DNA of 64,000 nucleotides from Rebecca billardiae RCC1528 (Eukaryota > Protista > Haptophyta): the NCBI GenBank assembly GCA_965240325.2, contig OZ251234.1, forward strand, positions 1,674,001 through 1,738,000. The letters run 5' to 3'. The first letter of the stretch is position 1. Each line of letters begins with the position of its first letter. The notes under the pieces are model-generated. The model was not told where the DNA came from, did no database searches, and worked only from the letters and a program-made list of their open reading frames with translations. Below, in pieces: positions 1 through 12,367 of this stretch. The position numbers were made by a program, and so were the translations under genes.

Positions 1-630
1 TCCGAGGCTACCCGCCACGTGCAGCGGCGTTCGACCGTCTCGAGCCGCATGATTTGCGTCTGCGCCGCCCTGCAGAAGGAGCAGCGCGCATGCGCAGCCG
101 TCGTCCGTCAACATGCACGCGAGATGAAGCGGCGTGAAGCCGAGAGCTGATGGGCAGTCAACGTCAGCTCCAAGGTCCGCCAGCGCGCTTAAGCACGCAG
201 GGTGCTCGCCCGCCGATGCAAAGTGCACGGGCTGGAAGCCTTCATCATTCGCACAGCTCACCTTGGCGCCGTTCTCGAGCAACGCGCGCACGCAGGCCAC
301 GTGGCCATTGCCCGCCGCGAGGTGAAGGGCCGTTTGGCCAGCACGGTCGGCGAGATCGGTTGCAGCGCCACGCGCTACGAGCACACGCAGGCACGCCTCG
401 TGCCCGTCCGCGGCCGCCAGGTGCAAAGCTGTCTGCCCACAGCGCGTGGGCCGATCGACGTTCTTGCCGAGCGTAGCGAAGAGGTCCGTGAGCTCCGCCG
501 AGCCCACGGCGCACGCGAAGTGCAAGAGAGTCACCTCTTGGGTCGGGTTGACGCCGCTCTCGTCGCCCGCTTGGCTTCGGTCGTCGCCGCTCATCGAGCC
601 GTCGCGCCACTCGCGCGTGCGGCTGCTCAT
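1..630 (-). CDS. Ankyrin-repeat protein (3' end runs off the window)
   Basis: Not in the ORF track. Manual translation from ATG 630 is open to base 1, with ~6 ankyrin repeats: VTLLHFACAVG, GQTALHLAAADGHEACLRVLV, GQTALHLAAGNGHVACVRALL, GFQPVHFASAG, GFTPLHLAC, GRTPLHVA. Confidence 0.9.
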   Translation of the reverse strand, partial: MSSRTREWRDGSMSGDDRSQAGDESGVNPTQEVTLLHFACAVGSAELTDLFATLGKNVDRPTRCGQTALHLAAADGHEACLRVLVARGAATDLADRAGQTALHLAAGNGHVACVRALLENGAKVSCANDEGFQPVHFASAGEHPACLSALADLGADVDCPSALGFTPLHLACMLTDDGCACALLLLQGGADANHAARDGRTPLHVAGSLG

Positions 631-1096
631 GGCTCCACTGGTCAAGCGTGGCCCACCGGTCGCTCGTCCAAGATTTCTTTGGTCCAATGCTCACGAGCGC
701 GCAGCGCCTCGACAATTTTGCGGGCGCGGCCGCGATTCGATCCGCGAAAAGATTTTATTCGATATTCGAATAAGAGCGTCGAGGACCCTAACTATAAAGC
801 TAAGCCTAAGGGTCTTCGCGATCACAGTCACAGTGTTTGAGGCGCGCGCTCACCTCAGCAGCTCTTCGTAGAGTTGCAGGCCGCGTCGCACTCGGCACGG
901 TGACACCCTGGAGGCTAGCTACCAAAGTTGACACTGGCCAGTGCGCAGCATGCGCTCGTCCGGCCCGCGCGGCAGCTGTGCCCGCCGTTCCGCCGGCAGC
1001 CGCCGCGCCGCTGCGACCCATGCGAAGGCACTATCCAACATATCCAGCAGCGATACGGCGCTCGCCACGCAGGGTCGCCCAGCGCCCGTTGGCCAC

Positions 1097-1516
1097 TCAC
1101 ATCGTGGTGCAGAATGACACGCCCTGGCACTCCTCGCAACGGTACCACTGCGCCGTCTGAGGCCGAGCGTTCGGCCGGCGGGTGAACTCGCGCCCGCAGC
1201 CGCGGCAGATGGCCACGCCGGCTTGGGGCGCGGGCTGGCCATAGACTACGGTGCTCGAAGGCTGCTCGGCAGCCGCCGCCTGCACGTACGCTGGCGGCGG
1301 CGGCCCAGCGGGTGTAGAGCCCGCGCCAACCACTTGTCCCGCCGCGACCGGGATGGCAGGCTGTGGCGCCACATGCGGCACGTTGATGACGAACTCGTCG
1401 CCAGGTGCGAGCCCGGCGGGGATGGTGACGTTGAAGAGCTGGGAGTTGTGCGTAATCTGCATCGTGTCGCCGCCCTGCTGGCCCTTCGGAACCTTTACGG
1501 TGAGCGAATCTGCCAT
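1097..1516 (-). CDS. 139-aa protein with duplicated V-x-(V/I)P-x-G motif, Pro-rich linker, CxxC..CxxC zinc finger and C-terminal CaaX (CTTM)
   Basis: ATG-initiated, non-low-complexity ORF: LTVKVPKGQQGGDTMQI / FNVTIPAGLAPGDEFVI; CRGC...CEEC; ends SFCTTM*. Confidence 0.75.
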   Translation of the reverse strand: MADSLTVKVPKGQQGGDTMQITHNSQLFNVTIPAGLAPGDEFVINVPHVAPQPAIPVAAGQVVGAGSTPAGPPPPAYVQAAAAEQPSSTVVYGQPAPQAGVAICRGCGREFTRRPNARPQTAQWYRCEECQGVSFCTTM

Positions 1517-1768
1517 CGCGTCCGTCCGAAAGGAGGGAGGGGAGGCGTCTCGGTGTCCGCCGTGTCCAGAGCTCCACCGCCTGCCGAGCGGTGGGTCCAG
1601 AAGTTTCCGCCGCGTTCCTTCCTTTCGGCTTCGCTACCGGGAGGTCCGGTGTGTCAAGAGCGCCAAGCTCCAAAGCGGTGTGTGTGTCCGGCGGTTTGGC
1701 TCTGCGTTGGCCAGGTCTGGGTCATTTGAAGAGGGCGGCAAGGCACCGTCGCCCGGCATCGCGCCGCG

Positions 1769-4700
1769 ATGGCGGCGTCACAGATGGACTCGGTGATCCT
1801 CGAGGAGGATCTCGACGAGAACTACGAGCCTACGGAGGAGGGTGCGCGCAGCGGTGCTCCCTGCGCGGCGCGCGGCCTCGGCGCGGCGCGACGCGGCGGT
1901 GCGTGCGCGCGCGTGGGCCGAATCGGAGGTGGTGCGGTGCGCTGCTTCGCGCAGAGATCGTGGAGTACGCGAAGTGGCTCGGTATGGACCTGGACGCGGA
2001 CAAGGAGCTCTTCTGGATCGCGCGGGAGGGCCTGAAGGCGCCGCTTCCCGAGAACTGGAAGCCTTGGTGCGCGCGCGGCCGAGCGCGCGGCGCAGCCGAG
2101 CTCCGCATGCGCTGACGGCGCCCCCCCCGGCCTCCGCCTTGCCGCGCGCCGTCGCACGCGCGCGCAGTAAGACGCAGGATGGTGACATCTACTACTTCAA
2201 CTTCTCCACCGCCGAGTCCGTGTGGGAGCACCCGTGCGACGAGTACTACAAGAAGATGTACGCAGACGAACGCGCCAAGCACGCGGCGGCACAGCGGGGC
2301 GGCGCTGCGCGCGAGGCGCAGGGCGGCGCAGGGCAGGCGGCGGTGAAGGCGAGCGCGGGGGCACCCGTGGATCCGAACGCCGATGGGGCAGCGGCCGCCG
2401 CCGAGAGCGAGCAGCCGCCGCCGGTGGCGGTCGCAGTCGGCGGCGCCGCAAAGGCGGCCCGCGCCGCGCGCGCGGCTGCGGCCGAGGCGCCGGCGGAGGC
2501 GGCTGCGGGCAGCGCCGCGGCCAAGCCGGCAGGTGGCGCGCGGAAGGAGGCGAAGAAGGCGCCGCTCGGCGGCCTCGCAGGCGGTCTCGGCGGCACCACC
2601 GCGCCCGCCTCCAAGCTCGCGCCACTGGGCGGCGGTTTCGGCGATTCTGCCGGCGGCGCGCTGGCACGTGGCGGCAAGGGCGGACTGATTGAGCCACTGG
2701 GAGTCGTCGAGGGCGCGCCGCCCGCCGCGCTGGGCAAGCGCGCGGACGACCCTCTGCTGGTCGCCGCGGCAGGCACGCGCGAGCGCCGGCCCGCGTCGGC
2801 CGGCGCGCAGCCCGCGCCCGCGGCTGCCGACGCCGCGCCCGCCGCCTCTGCCACCGGGCGTCGGCCGGCGTCTGCGGACGCGCCCGCGGCCGCAGCCGCG
2901 TCACACGCAGACCGTCGGCGCGCTGAGACGAGGCTGGCGAGCGAGTTCGCCGAGTGGGAGCGCACGCGGCGTGCGGAGCACGCCGCCGCGCGCGCCGAGC
3001 TCGACGCGGCGCACGCGCGCGCGCTCGAGGACGCGCGCGCGGACGCGGAGCGTGCGCTCGCCGCCGCTCGCGAGCAGGGCGCCGCCGCCGCGCGCGCGGA
3101 GGCGGAGGCGGCGCGCGAGGCGGAGGAGCGCAAGGCTGAGGCGGCGCTGCGCGAGGCCCGCGAGCTGCACGAGCGCGAGCGCCAGGCCGTGCAGGCACGG
3201 CTCGACGCCGAGCTCGAGGCCGCGCGGCGCGCCGCCGACGCGGCCGCCGACGCCGCGCGCGCCGACGCTGACAGCGCGGCCGCACAGGCTGGCGCGGCCG
3301 CGCGCGCCGACGCGGAGGCGCGCGCGCGCGCCGACGCGGAGGCGCGCGCGCGCGCCGACGCGGATGCGGAGCTGGCCCGCGAGCGCGAGCGGCTGCTGCG
3401 GGAGCGGCGCGCGCAGCTCGAGGCGGAGGTGAGCGCCGACGCGGCCGCGGAGGCCGAGGCCGCGCGCGCGCGCGCGCGCGCAGACGCCGCCGCCGCCGCC
3501 GACGCGGAGCGGGCGCGCGCGCGCGCGGAGGCAGATGTGGCGGTGTCGGCTGAAGTGGCGGCTTACAAGGCGGCTCGTTTGGAGGCGGCGCGGCGGGAGG
3601 CGGAGGAGGAGGTGGGCGCGCGCGCCGCCGAGCTGCGCGCCGCGGCCGAGGCGCGGCACGCCGCGCGCGCCGAGGCCGAGGCCGCCGCCGCCGCGGACGC
3701 GCGCGTCGCCGAGGCGTCGGCCGCGGCGGGCGCGAGCGCCGCCGCGATCAACGCGGCGCGCGCCGACGCGCGCGCGGCCGCAGCGGCGCGGCGCGAGGAG
3801 TTCCGGGCGGAGGCGGAGGCGGAGGTGCGCGCCGCCGTGGCCGCCGAGGCGTCGGCGCGGCGCGACGAGTTCCGCGCGGAGGCGGAGCGCGAGCTGCGCG
3901 CCGCGCTCGCCGCCGAGGCATCCGCGCGGCGCCAGGAGTGGCGCACGCAGGCGGAGGCGGAGGCGCGCGCCGCCGTCGCGGCCGAGGCGGCGGCTGCGCG
4001 CGAGCGCGAGGTGGCGAGTGCGCTCGCGGCGGCGCGGCTCGACGCGCGCGCAGCCGCCGACGCGCGGCGCGACGAGCTCGCGGCGGAGGCGGTCGCCGAG
4101 GCGCGCGCGCGCGCGCACGAGCGCGCCGCCGCCGAGGTCGCGCGCGTCGAGGCGGAGGCGGAGGCGCAGGTGGCGGCTGCGCGCGAGGGCGTGGCCGCGC
4201 GCGTGGGCGCGGCTCACGACGCGGCGTCGGCCGCGCGCGCGGCGGACGCCGCCGCTGCTGCCGCGCGCGCCGACGGCGCCGCCGCGCTCGCGGAGGAGCG
4301 GCGCCGCGCCGAGGGCGCGCTCGAGGCCGAGCGGAGCGCGCACGCGGCCGCGCTGCGCGAGGCGCGCGCCGCGCACGCGCGCGAGCTCGCTGCGGTGCGC
4401 CAACAGCTCGCAGATGCCGACCGGCGCGCTGTGGACGCGGCGGGCCGCGCGGCCGCGGCCGAGGCGGCGCGCGCCGCCGCGCTGAGCGGCGCGGCCGCGG
4501 CCGCGCCGTCCGCCTCCGCGGCTGGCGGTGGCGCGTCGCGGCGCGCACCGGCGGGCAGCCGCGACGCGCCGGCCGCCGCGCGCGCCGCGCGCGCCGCGCG
4601 CGCCGACGCCGCCGACGCCGCCGACGCGGACGCGGACGCGGATGGCGGCGCGGCAGGCTTGGATGCTGCAGCGCTGCGCGCGCGCGCAGAGGAGGAGGCG

Positions 4701-6454
4701 GCGCGGTTGCGGCGCGCAAAGGCGCTTGTCGCGCAGCAGGTGCGGCCCCCGCGCGCAGCCCGCGTGCGCGCCGCGTGCCACGCGCGGCCCCGAGGCGCCG
4801 CCCAGCCCCTCCGCCCGCACTCACGCGCCCGGCACCCCCCGGCCCCGCCGCCGCATGCCGCGCGCCGCGCGCCCGCCGCCACACGCCGCACGCCGCGCCG
4901 CCGCGCGCTCAGGTGAAATTCGTCAAGTCTCGTCAGGCGCAGTTGCAGGCGACGCAGCGCGCGTGGAAGGCGGACATGAAGGCGGTGCGCTCGGCGGGCG
5001 ACAGGGAGGCTGAGGCGATGATGGCCGCCGTGCGCGAGCTGATCGAGGACCAGGTGCGTGTGTGTGCGTGCGCGTGTGTGCGCGTGCGCGTGTGCGCGTG
5101 TGCGTGTGTGCGCGTGTGCGTGTGCGCGTGCGCGTGTGTGCGCGCGTGTGTGTGTGTGCGTGTGTGCGTGTGTGCGTGTGTGCGCGCGTGTGCGGGCGGG
5201 CGCGCGCGCGCGTGCGCGCCGTGTCGCCAGGCGGGGGCCGTGCGCCCGCGCCTTGGCGTGCCCCCACAGCTGACGGCTCACCCTGCCGCCCTCCCTTCCC
5301 CTTCCGCTCCGCCCCCTGTCCGCCCGCCGCGCGCACACACACACGCACACACGTGTGTGCGTGCGCGCGCGCAGGCGGCGCGTCTGAACGAGGACGCAGC
5401 GCAGGTGGGCTCGCTGGCCGCGTGGGTGAAGCGCTCGGAGGCGCAGCTCCGCGCCGTGCGCGAGTCCGTCGGGCACCACATGCGGCGCTCGCTCAGCGAC
5501 AGTGCGCGCACGCGCGCGCGCACGCGCACAGCACGGGACAACAGCAGCGCATTGCCGCGCCGCGCCCGACCGCGCGCGCGCGCGGCGCGCCGTCATCCGA
5601 CCGCGCGCGCCCGCGCGCTCGCGCCGCTGCGCCTGTGCGCTGCGCCCGCGCGCGCGCGCACAGGCGACCTGTCTTCGCGCCTCTCCACGCCCTCGCTCTC
5701 CGACGGCGCGGACGCGGCCGCCAGGCTAGTGCCGCGCAAGCTCGGCACCGCGCTCGCGGCCATCCAGCGCGAGCTGGCGGAAGTTGTGGGGTATCTTCGC
5801 GCGCACCAGGGCGCGCCGCCGGGGCCGCAGCAGCCGGGCGGGTATTCTGGGTATTCTGGGTACGGCGCGCTGGGCGGCGCGGCGCGCGCGGCGCGCGCCG
5901 CCGGCGCGTACGGCGCGCGGCAGCCCGGCGGCGCGCGGCTAGACGTGCCGCTACAGTTTGTGCAGCCGGCGCCGGGCGTGCGGCCCGGCGGGCTGGCGCC
6001 CTCGGCGCGCGAGGCGCGCTGGGCCGGGCCGCGCGCGTGCGCGCCCTCGCAGCAGCCAAACGCGCAGCCGGGGGCGGCGCCAGGGACGGTGCCGATGCGC
6101 AAGTGGGCAGACTACCTCGCGCTGAGCAGGAGCGGCGGCGGCGCGGCCGCGCCCGATCCGCTGCAGGCGCTCGCGTCGAGACAGGCGGGCGCGGCGGCGG
6201 AGCGGATGCTCTCAGAGCACGACGCTTGGCTGCAGGCGTTCGGCGCGGCCGGCGCCGGCGCGGCGGCCGGTCCCTCGCTCGCGCCACGAGCTGCGGCCGT
6301 CAGCACTGAGCACGGCGGTCGCGGCGCGGACCGTGCGCTCAACATCGGCGCGGTGAGCGGTGCGGACGCGGCGGGGAACGAGGCGGTGGCGAGCGCTGAC
6401 TTTGTCATCTACATCACCGCGAACAAGGCGAAGGCGGCGGCGGGTGACGCGTGA
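1769..6454 (+). CDS. CEP164: CEP164-like centriolar distal-appendage protein (N-terminal WW module + long coiled coil), ~1271 aa, 6 exons
   Basis: Exons 1769-1841, 1955-2066, 2168-4739, 4913-5053, 5375-5501, 5664-6454 with GT-AG introns. The spliced N-terminus [73 protein letters not shown] is the CEP164 signature, followed by an A/E/R-rich coiled coil. Confidence 0.82.
5054..5213. repeat. Intronic (GT)/(GC) mixed dinucleotide microsatellite
   Basis: gtgcgtgtgtgtgcgtgcgcgtgtgtg... at the 5' end of intron 5054-5374; a complementary (CA)n tract lies at ~5334-5352. Confidence 0.85.
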
Positions 6455-7423
6455 GTCGCCACACTCTGACTCTGTCATCACTCACAGCCAGCTGCGGCGC
6501 GCGGCTGATGAATACAGTAGTGACAGAAGTAGAGTCATCGTAGGAGTGTGCGCCCTCGGGCTCGTGATGCCCGTGGCCGTGCCCGTGGCCCGCCGTCGCC
6601 CGTGACGACGGCCTTGACGGCGGCTTCGGACGGGCCTGACGGCCTAAATACTGTCATATACGTACTGCTCACTCTGACTGCTAGTGCTGACGCCTGCTGA
6701 GCCTGAGAGTGATCGAGTGCTGACGACTGCTCACTGACGATGTTACAAACTCACTCAAGTACAAACTGTGTCCCTGGCCGGCGGGCGGGGGGGTCGGCGG
6801 GCCGTGCCAGTGCTGTCGCAATCTTTCCTCTGCGGGTTCGCGTCATCTTTCCACATTCGCTCATGGCCGTGGGTGTCTGGGTGCCGGACAGTCCGAGGGC
6901 GAGGACCAGTGACACCTGAAGAGTGAAGTTCGGAGTTCTCGACTCTCCGGAGTCTCTCGGAACCGTCCGATGGCACGGTACACGTCTGTACTCTGTGCGC
7001 ATCAGCGAGGCCCACAGGCCCAGGAGGGAATGTGCAGCACGCGGGGCGGGGCGGGTAGCCAGTTGCTCCGCGCGAGCGCGGATACGCGCTGTATGTTCCG
7101 CATCTCGACCGCGAGGGCGTAATCGAGCGCCTCGCCGGCGGCGGCTGCGGAATCGCCGCCCGAATCGTCAGGCAGAATCCGAATCGGTCAACGGCCCGCC
7201 GGCCCGCAGCGCAGCTCCCAGTCATCTCACTCCCAGGCGGCCGTCGGCGATCGCGGAGGCGGCGCGCGGCGGGCGCCAAACGGCCATCCTGGACCTCCCG
7301 CCCAGGCGGGCGCCGCGGCCAATGAGCGTCGGCGTCGGCCAGCAGCCTAGCGAGGCGGCGACAGTGCCTGGGTACCACTGCGACCCACTGTCCGCCGCTC
7401 GGCGTCGAGTGGCGTCCCCGCGC

Positions 7424-8359
7424 TCAGCTAGCGGAGGAGAAGTCTCCAAAGTCGTCGTCTCCCATCCCGCCCTCCCCGCTCGCGCCCGCGGCGGCGAACT
7501 CGCCAAAGTCTTTGGACTCGACTTTCTGCACGGGAGGTGGTGCGCTCGGCGAGCCGGCGGACGATGGCGGCGGCGGCGGCGGCAGGAGCGCGGCGAGGGC
7601 CGCGGGGGCGCCCGCGAGGTCGCCCGAGGCGCGCCTCGGCGCGGTTCGATCGCGCTTCTTCTGGCCGAGGTCGATGGTGAGCGTCTGGCCCTCCTTCAGG
7701 CTCAGGTCGAGCGCGGGGCGCAGCTCGGGGTGCTCCTCGATCTGCTTATGCACCTCCTCCGCCTCGCGCTCGCGCCGCACGCTGCGCCAGTGGTCGCCGA
7801 TGGTCGCGTTGAAGTCGTACGCGTCGGGGCGCTCGCGGAAGCCGAGGCCGATGTACTGGTGGTGGCCCTTGCCATCCTCCAGCCGCAGCACGAAGTATCG
7901 GCTGCTGTCTGTCACGGGCTCCACGGACGTGGGCCCGACGCCCGGCTCATTCACCGGGCACATGGCGAAGAGCGCGCTCGTGTCCGCGTCCTCGAGGTAG
8001 ATGGTGAGCTTGGCGGCCGCCGCGCAGATGCGCAGCCGGCCGGACCAGAGCCACTTGTTCACATCCCAGTCGTTCGCCCGGTGCCCCGACTCGTTCTTTA
8101 GCGGCGGGATCTTGTACACAAAGCACTCCTGCGCGGCGCGCAGGCGCAGCAGCCATCACGCACGCACGGCCGGGCGCGCCGTCAGCCTCCCCGAGGGCTG
8201 GCGAAGGGGTGGCAGGGGTGGGGCGCACGGCCCGCGACGAGCGCAACCCCGGGCACCCTGCCGCCGCGTGCGCGCGCGGCGCGCCACCTTGAAGACGTGC
8301 AGGTTGTGCTCGGCAGCGCTTGCCGGCGGCTGGCCTTCTTCATCCTCCATATCGGCCAT
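7424..8359 (-). CDS. NECAP: NECAP, adaptin ear-binding coat-associated protein (PHear/DUF1681), ~258 aa, 2 exons
   Basis: Exons 8359-8288 and 8128-7424. Motifs ECFVYKIPP, GHRANDW, LFAMCPV, VEPVTDSSRYFVLR, IGLGFRERPDAYDFN, DLSLKEGQTLTI; C-terminal DFGEF/DFGDF adaptor-binding motifs. Confidence 0.93.
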
Positions 8360-8636
8360 CTTAGAGATCGGCGCTCCGGACGGCTGGCGGTAACCTGTAT
8401 GGGGGTAAGCCAGCGGGTCGAGGGGAGCTAACGAGGCCGCGGGTGCGGATGCCGTATCTCGAGCGAGCGCAGTCTGAACGATAGGCGGAATTCAGGCTGC
8501 TCGCATAGGCACCACGATGACGATCGACAGTCCGAGCGGGAGCCAAGTGCCGCTTTGAAATGAATCCCTCCGCCCGCGTCGGCTGGGGGGCCGACGCCTC
8601 GCCGCCCGCGGCCGTCACGAGCGAAGTCTAGGACCC

Positions 8637-11600
8637 ATGCTGCTCGTATCGTGCGCGCCGCACCGCCGCCGACGCGCTTCCGCGCGCGCGCGCGCCTCGC
8701 AACAGGCTCCACGAGCTCACCGGCCGTTCCCGTGCGCCTGCGCACCCCCCTCCGCGCGCGCCTCGCGTGCGCCAGCCGCGCCGCGTGCCGCACGCGCAGC
8801 GCGGGCCGGTCGCTCTTGAGGCGGACAGCGGCCGGGGCGGCGCGCCATGCGTCGGCGCTGGCGACGGCGGTGCGTGAGCACACGGAGGAGCGCGCAAAGA
8901 TGGGTATCGTGCCCACGCCGCTCAACGCCGAGCACACGAGCATGCTCGTCGAGCTGCTCAAGGACCCCCCCGCGGACGAGAAGGACTTCCTGCTCGACCA
9001 GCTCACCAACCGCGTGCCCGCGGGCGTGGACGAGGCGGCGTACGTGAAGGCGGGGTTCCTCACGGCGATCGTGAAGGGCGAGACGAGCTCGCCGCTCATC
9101 TCCAAGCAGCACGCGATCGAGCTGCTCGGCACGATGCAGGGCGGTTACAACGTGGCGACGCTGATCGAGGCGCTCGACGACGCCGAGCTCGCGCCGCTCG
9201 CGGCCGAGCAGCTCAAGCACACGCTGCTGGTGTTCGACGCGTTCTACGACGTGGAGGCGAAGATGAAGGCGGGCAACGCCGCCGCCAAGGCCGTCATCGA
9301 GTCGTGGGCCGAGGCCGAGTGGTTCAGCAAGAGGCGCGCGGTGCCGGAGAAGATCTCAGTGACGGTCTTCAAGGTGCCCGGCGAGACCAACACCGACGAC
9401 CTCTCGCCCGCGCCGGACGCGTGGTCGCGGCCGGACATCCCGCTGCACGCGCTGGCGATGCTGAAGAACCCGCGCGAGGGCATCTCGGAGAACGTGCCGC
9501 AGCAGATCGAGGAGCTCAAGCAGAAGGGCCTCCCGCTCGCGTACGTCGGCGACGTGGTCGGCACGGGCTCGTCGCGCAAGTCCGCGACCAACTCCGTCCT
9601 GTGGTACATGGGCGACGACATCCCGAACGTGCCGAACAAGCGGGGCGGCGGCGTGTGCATCGGGAGCAAGATCGCGCCCATCTTCTACAACACGATGGAG
9701 GACTCGGGCGCGCTCCCCATCGAGATGGACGTCGACAAATTCGAGATGGGCGACGCGGTCGACATTTTCCCGTACGAGGGTGTCGCCAAGAAGCACGGCA
9801 CGGACGAGGTGCTGGCGACCTTCGAGCTCAAGTCGCAGGTGCTGCTCGACGAGGTGCAGGCGGGCGGGCGGATCCCGCTGATCATCGGCCGGCAGGTCAC
9901 CGCGCGCGCGCGCGATGCCCTCGGCCTCGGCCCCTCCGCCGCCTTCCGCCTGCCCACCGACTCGGCGCAGAAGGCTGAGGGCTACACGCTCGCGCAGAAG
10001 ATGGTCGGCAAGGCGTGTGGCGTCGACGGCGTGCTGCCCGGCCAGTACTGCGAGCCGTACATGACGACGGTGGGCTCGCAGGACACGACGGGCCCGATGA
10101 CGCGCGACGAGCTCAAGGACCTCGCGTGCCTCGGCTTCCTCTCCGACCTCGTCATGCAGTCCTTCTGCCACACGGCCGCGTACCCGAAGCCCGTCGACGT
10201 TGTCACGCACCACACGCTGCCTGATTTCATCATGAACCGCGGCGGCGTCTCGCTGCGCCCGGGCGACGGGATCATCCACACGTGGCTCAACCGGATGCTC
10301 GTTCCCGACACGGTGGGCACGGGCGGCGACTCGCACACGCGCTTCCCCATCGGCATCTCCTTCCCCGCCGGCTCGGGCCTCGTCGCGTTCGCGGCGGCGA
10401 CGGGCATCATGCCGCTCGACATGCCGGAGTCAGTATTGGTGCGGTTCACAGGCTCGATGCAGCCGGGCGTCACGCTGCGCGACCTGGTGCACGCGATCCC
10501 GTACGCGGCGATCCAGGAGGGGCTGCTCACGGTGGAGAAGAAGGGCAAGAAGAACATCTTCTCCGGCCGCATCCTCGAGATCGAGGGCCTCGAGCACCTC
10601 AAGTGCGAGCAGGCGTTCGAGCTGTCGGACGCGTCCGCGGAGCGCTCAGCCGCGGGCTGCACGATCAAGCTGGACAAGGTGAGCGCGCGCGCGCCGCGCC
10701 GCCGCGCGCCGCGGCCGCAGCCGGTGGGCGGCGGGCTGCGCGCGCGCAGCGCCCGCCGACCACGCCGCGCGCGCGCCCGCCGCCACGCCCGCCCGCCGCG
10801 CGCGCAGGAGCCCATCATCGAGTACCTCAACTCGAACGTGACGATGCTCAAGTGGATGATTGCCGAGGGTGCGCGCGCGAGCGCGTGCGCGAGCGCCTCG
10901 AGCCGCCGCGCCGCCGCGCACGCGTGCCGCGCGCCGCGGCCGGGTGGCACGAGTGGCACGAGTGTCGCGCCGCGCGTGGGCACGCCACCCGCGCCGACGC
11001 ACGGCGCGCGCGAGCTAGCCGGCGCTCGAGCGTCGAGCGGCGGCGCGCTGGAGAGACGCTCACGCGCGCAAGCTCCCGGCGCACCTGCCTCGCCCCGGCG
11101 CCCGTTGCGCGTGCGTGGCCGCCCGCGCTCGCTCGCGCGCGCGCAGGGTACGGCGACAAGCGCACGCTCGAGCGGCGCATCGGCCGCATGCAGGAGTGGC
11201 TGGCGAAGCCGACGCTGATGCAGGCCGACCCGGGCGCCAAGTACGCCGCGGTGATCGAGATCAACATGAGCGATCTCAAGGAGCCGATCCTGTGCGCGCC
11301 CAACGACCCGGACGACGCCCGGCTCCTGTCCGAGGTCGCGGGCGACAAGGTGGACGAGGTGTTCATCGGCTCGTGCATGACCAACATCGGCCACTTCCGC
11401 GCGGCGGGCAAGCTGCTGAACAAGGTGGAGGGGCAGCTGCCCACCAAGCTGTGGGTCGCGCCGCCGACCAAGATGGACGCCGCGCAGCTCACCGCCGAGG
11501 GCTACTACTACACGTACGGCAAGGCGGGCGCGCGCACCGAGATGCCGGGCTGCTCACTCTGCATGGGCAACCAGGCGCGCGTGGACGACAAGGCGACGGT

Positions 11601-11880
11601 CGTCTCGACCTCGACGCGCAACTTCCCCAACCGGCTGGGCAAGGGCGCCAACGTGTACCTCGCCTCCGCCGAGCTCGCCGCGGTCGCCTCGATCCTCGGC
11701 CGGCTGCCCACGCCGGACGAGTACATGTCGTACATGAAGGACCTCGACGCGACCGCCGCGGACACGTACCGCTACCTCAACTTCGACCAGGTGCCCTCGT
11801 TTGTCGACAAGGCGGCCGGCGTCGAGCTCTCCAAGGAGGTGCTCGAGGAGGCGCGCAAGCTGCAGTCCAAGATGAACTGA
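8637..11880 (+). CDS. acnB: Aconitate hydratase 2 (bacterial AcnB type) with predicted mitochondrial presequence, ~895 aa, 4 exons
   Basis: Exons 8637-8650, 8800-10678, 10808-10868, 11147-11880. AcnB motifs [72 protein letters not shown]; Fe-S cysteines in IGSCMTN and PGCSLCMGN. Spliced N-terminus is [23 protein letters not shown]. Confidence 0.96.
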
Positions 11881-12367
11881 GCGCCGGGCCCCGCGCCGTG
11901 CTCGGCGGGGTAGGCGTGCCTGCTGCCCGTCCCGCTTGGGGTCACTGATCACGATGGCATCCGATCGAATTACGTCCTGTGATCCTGTCGTCCATGACGT
12001 GCTGAGGGCTGAGGCCGCTGAGGGCAGAGCCGGCCCGGCGTGACGTCGGGGTGACGCGCGGCGCTAGCACGTGCCACGTCACTGGCACGTGTGAACTGTG
12101 ATGACGTGCGGACCACGTCGCAGCGCGCCTCCGACCCGCGTCATCACTCACATCCGAGGACTCAGTCATCATCTGGCATAGACGCATACTGTACGGCATG
12201 CAGTATTAGTCTGCCTGAGCATAGACCACGAGTATCATACAGTTTACTAAGAATAGGAGACGCACACAGCTCAGGCAACAGTACAGTTTGTAACTAAGAA
12301 TAAGAGGCGCACACAGCGGCGAGATTGAACATTACGGTACGGTACGACAGCATGCGCGCATTCAACG

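Noticed and set aside
2197-6408. Many long overlapping Arg/Ala-rich ORFs here and throughout the window
   Set aside because: Shadow ORFs caused by stop-codon scarcity at very high GC; the motif-bearing frames explain the loci.
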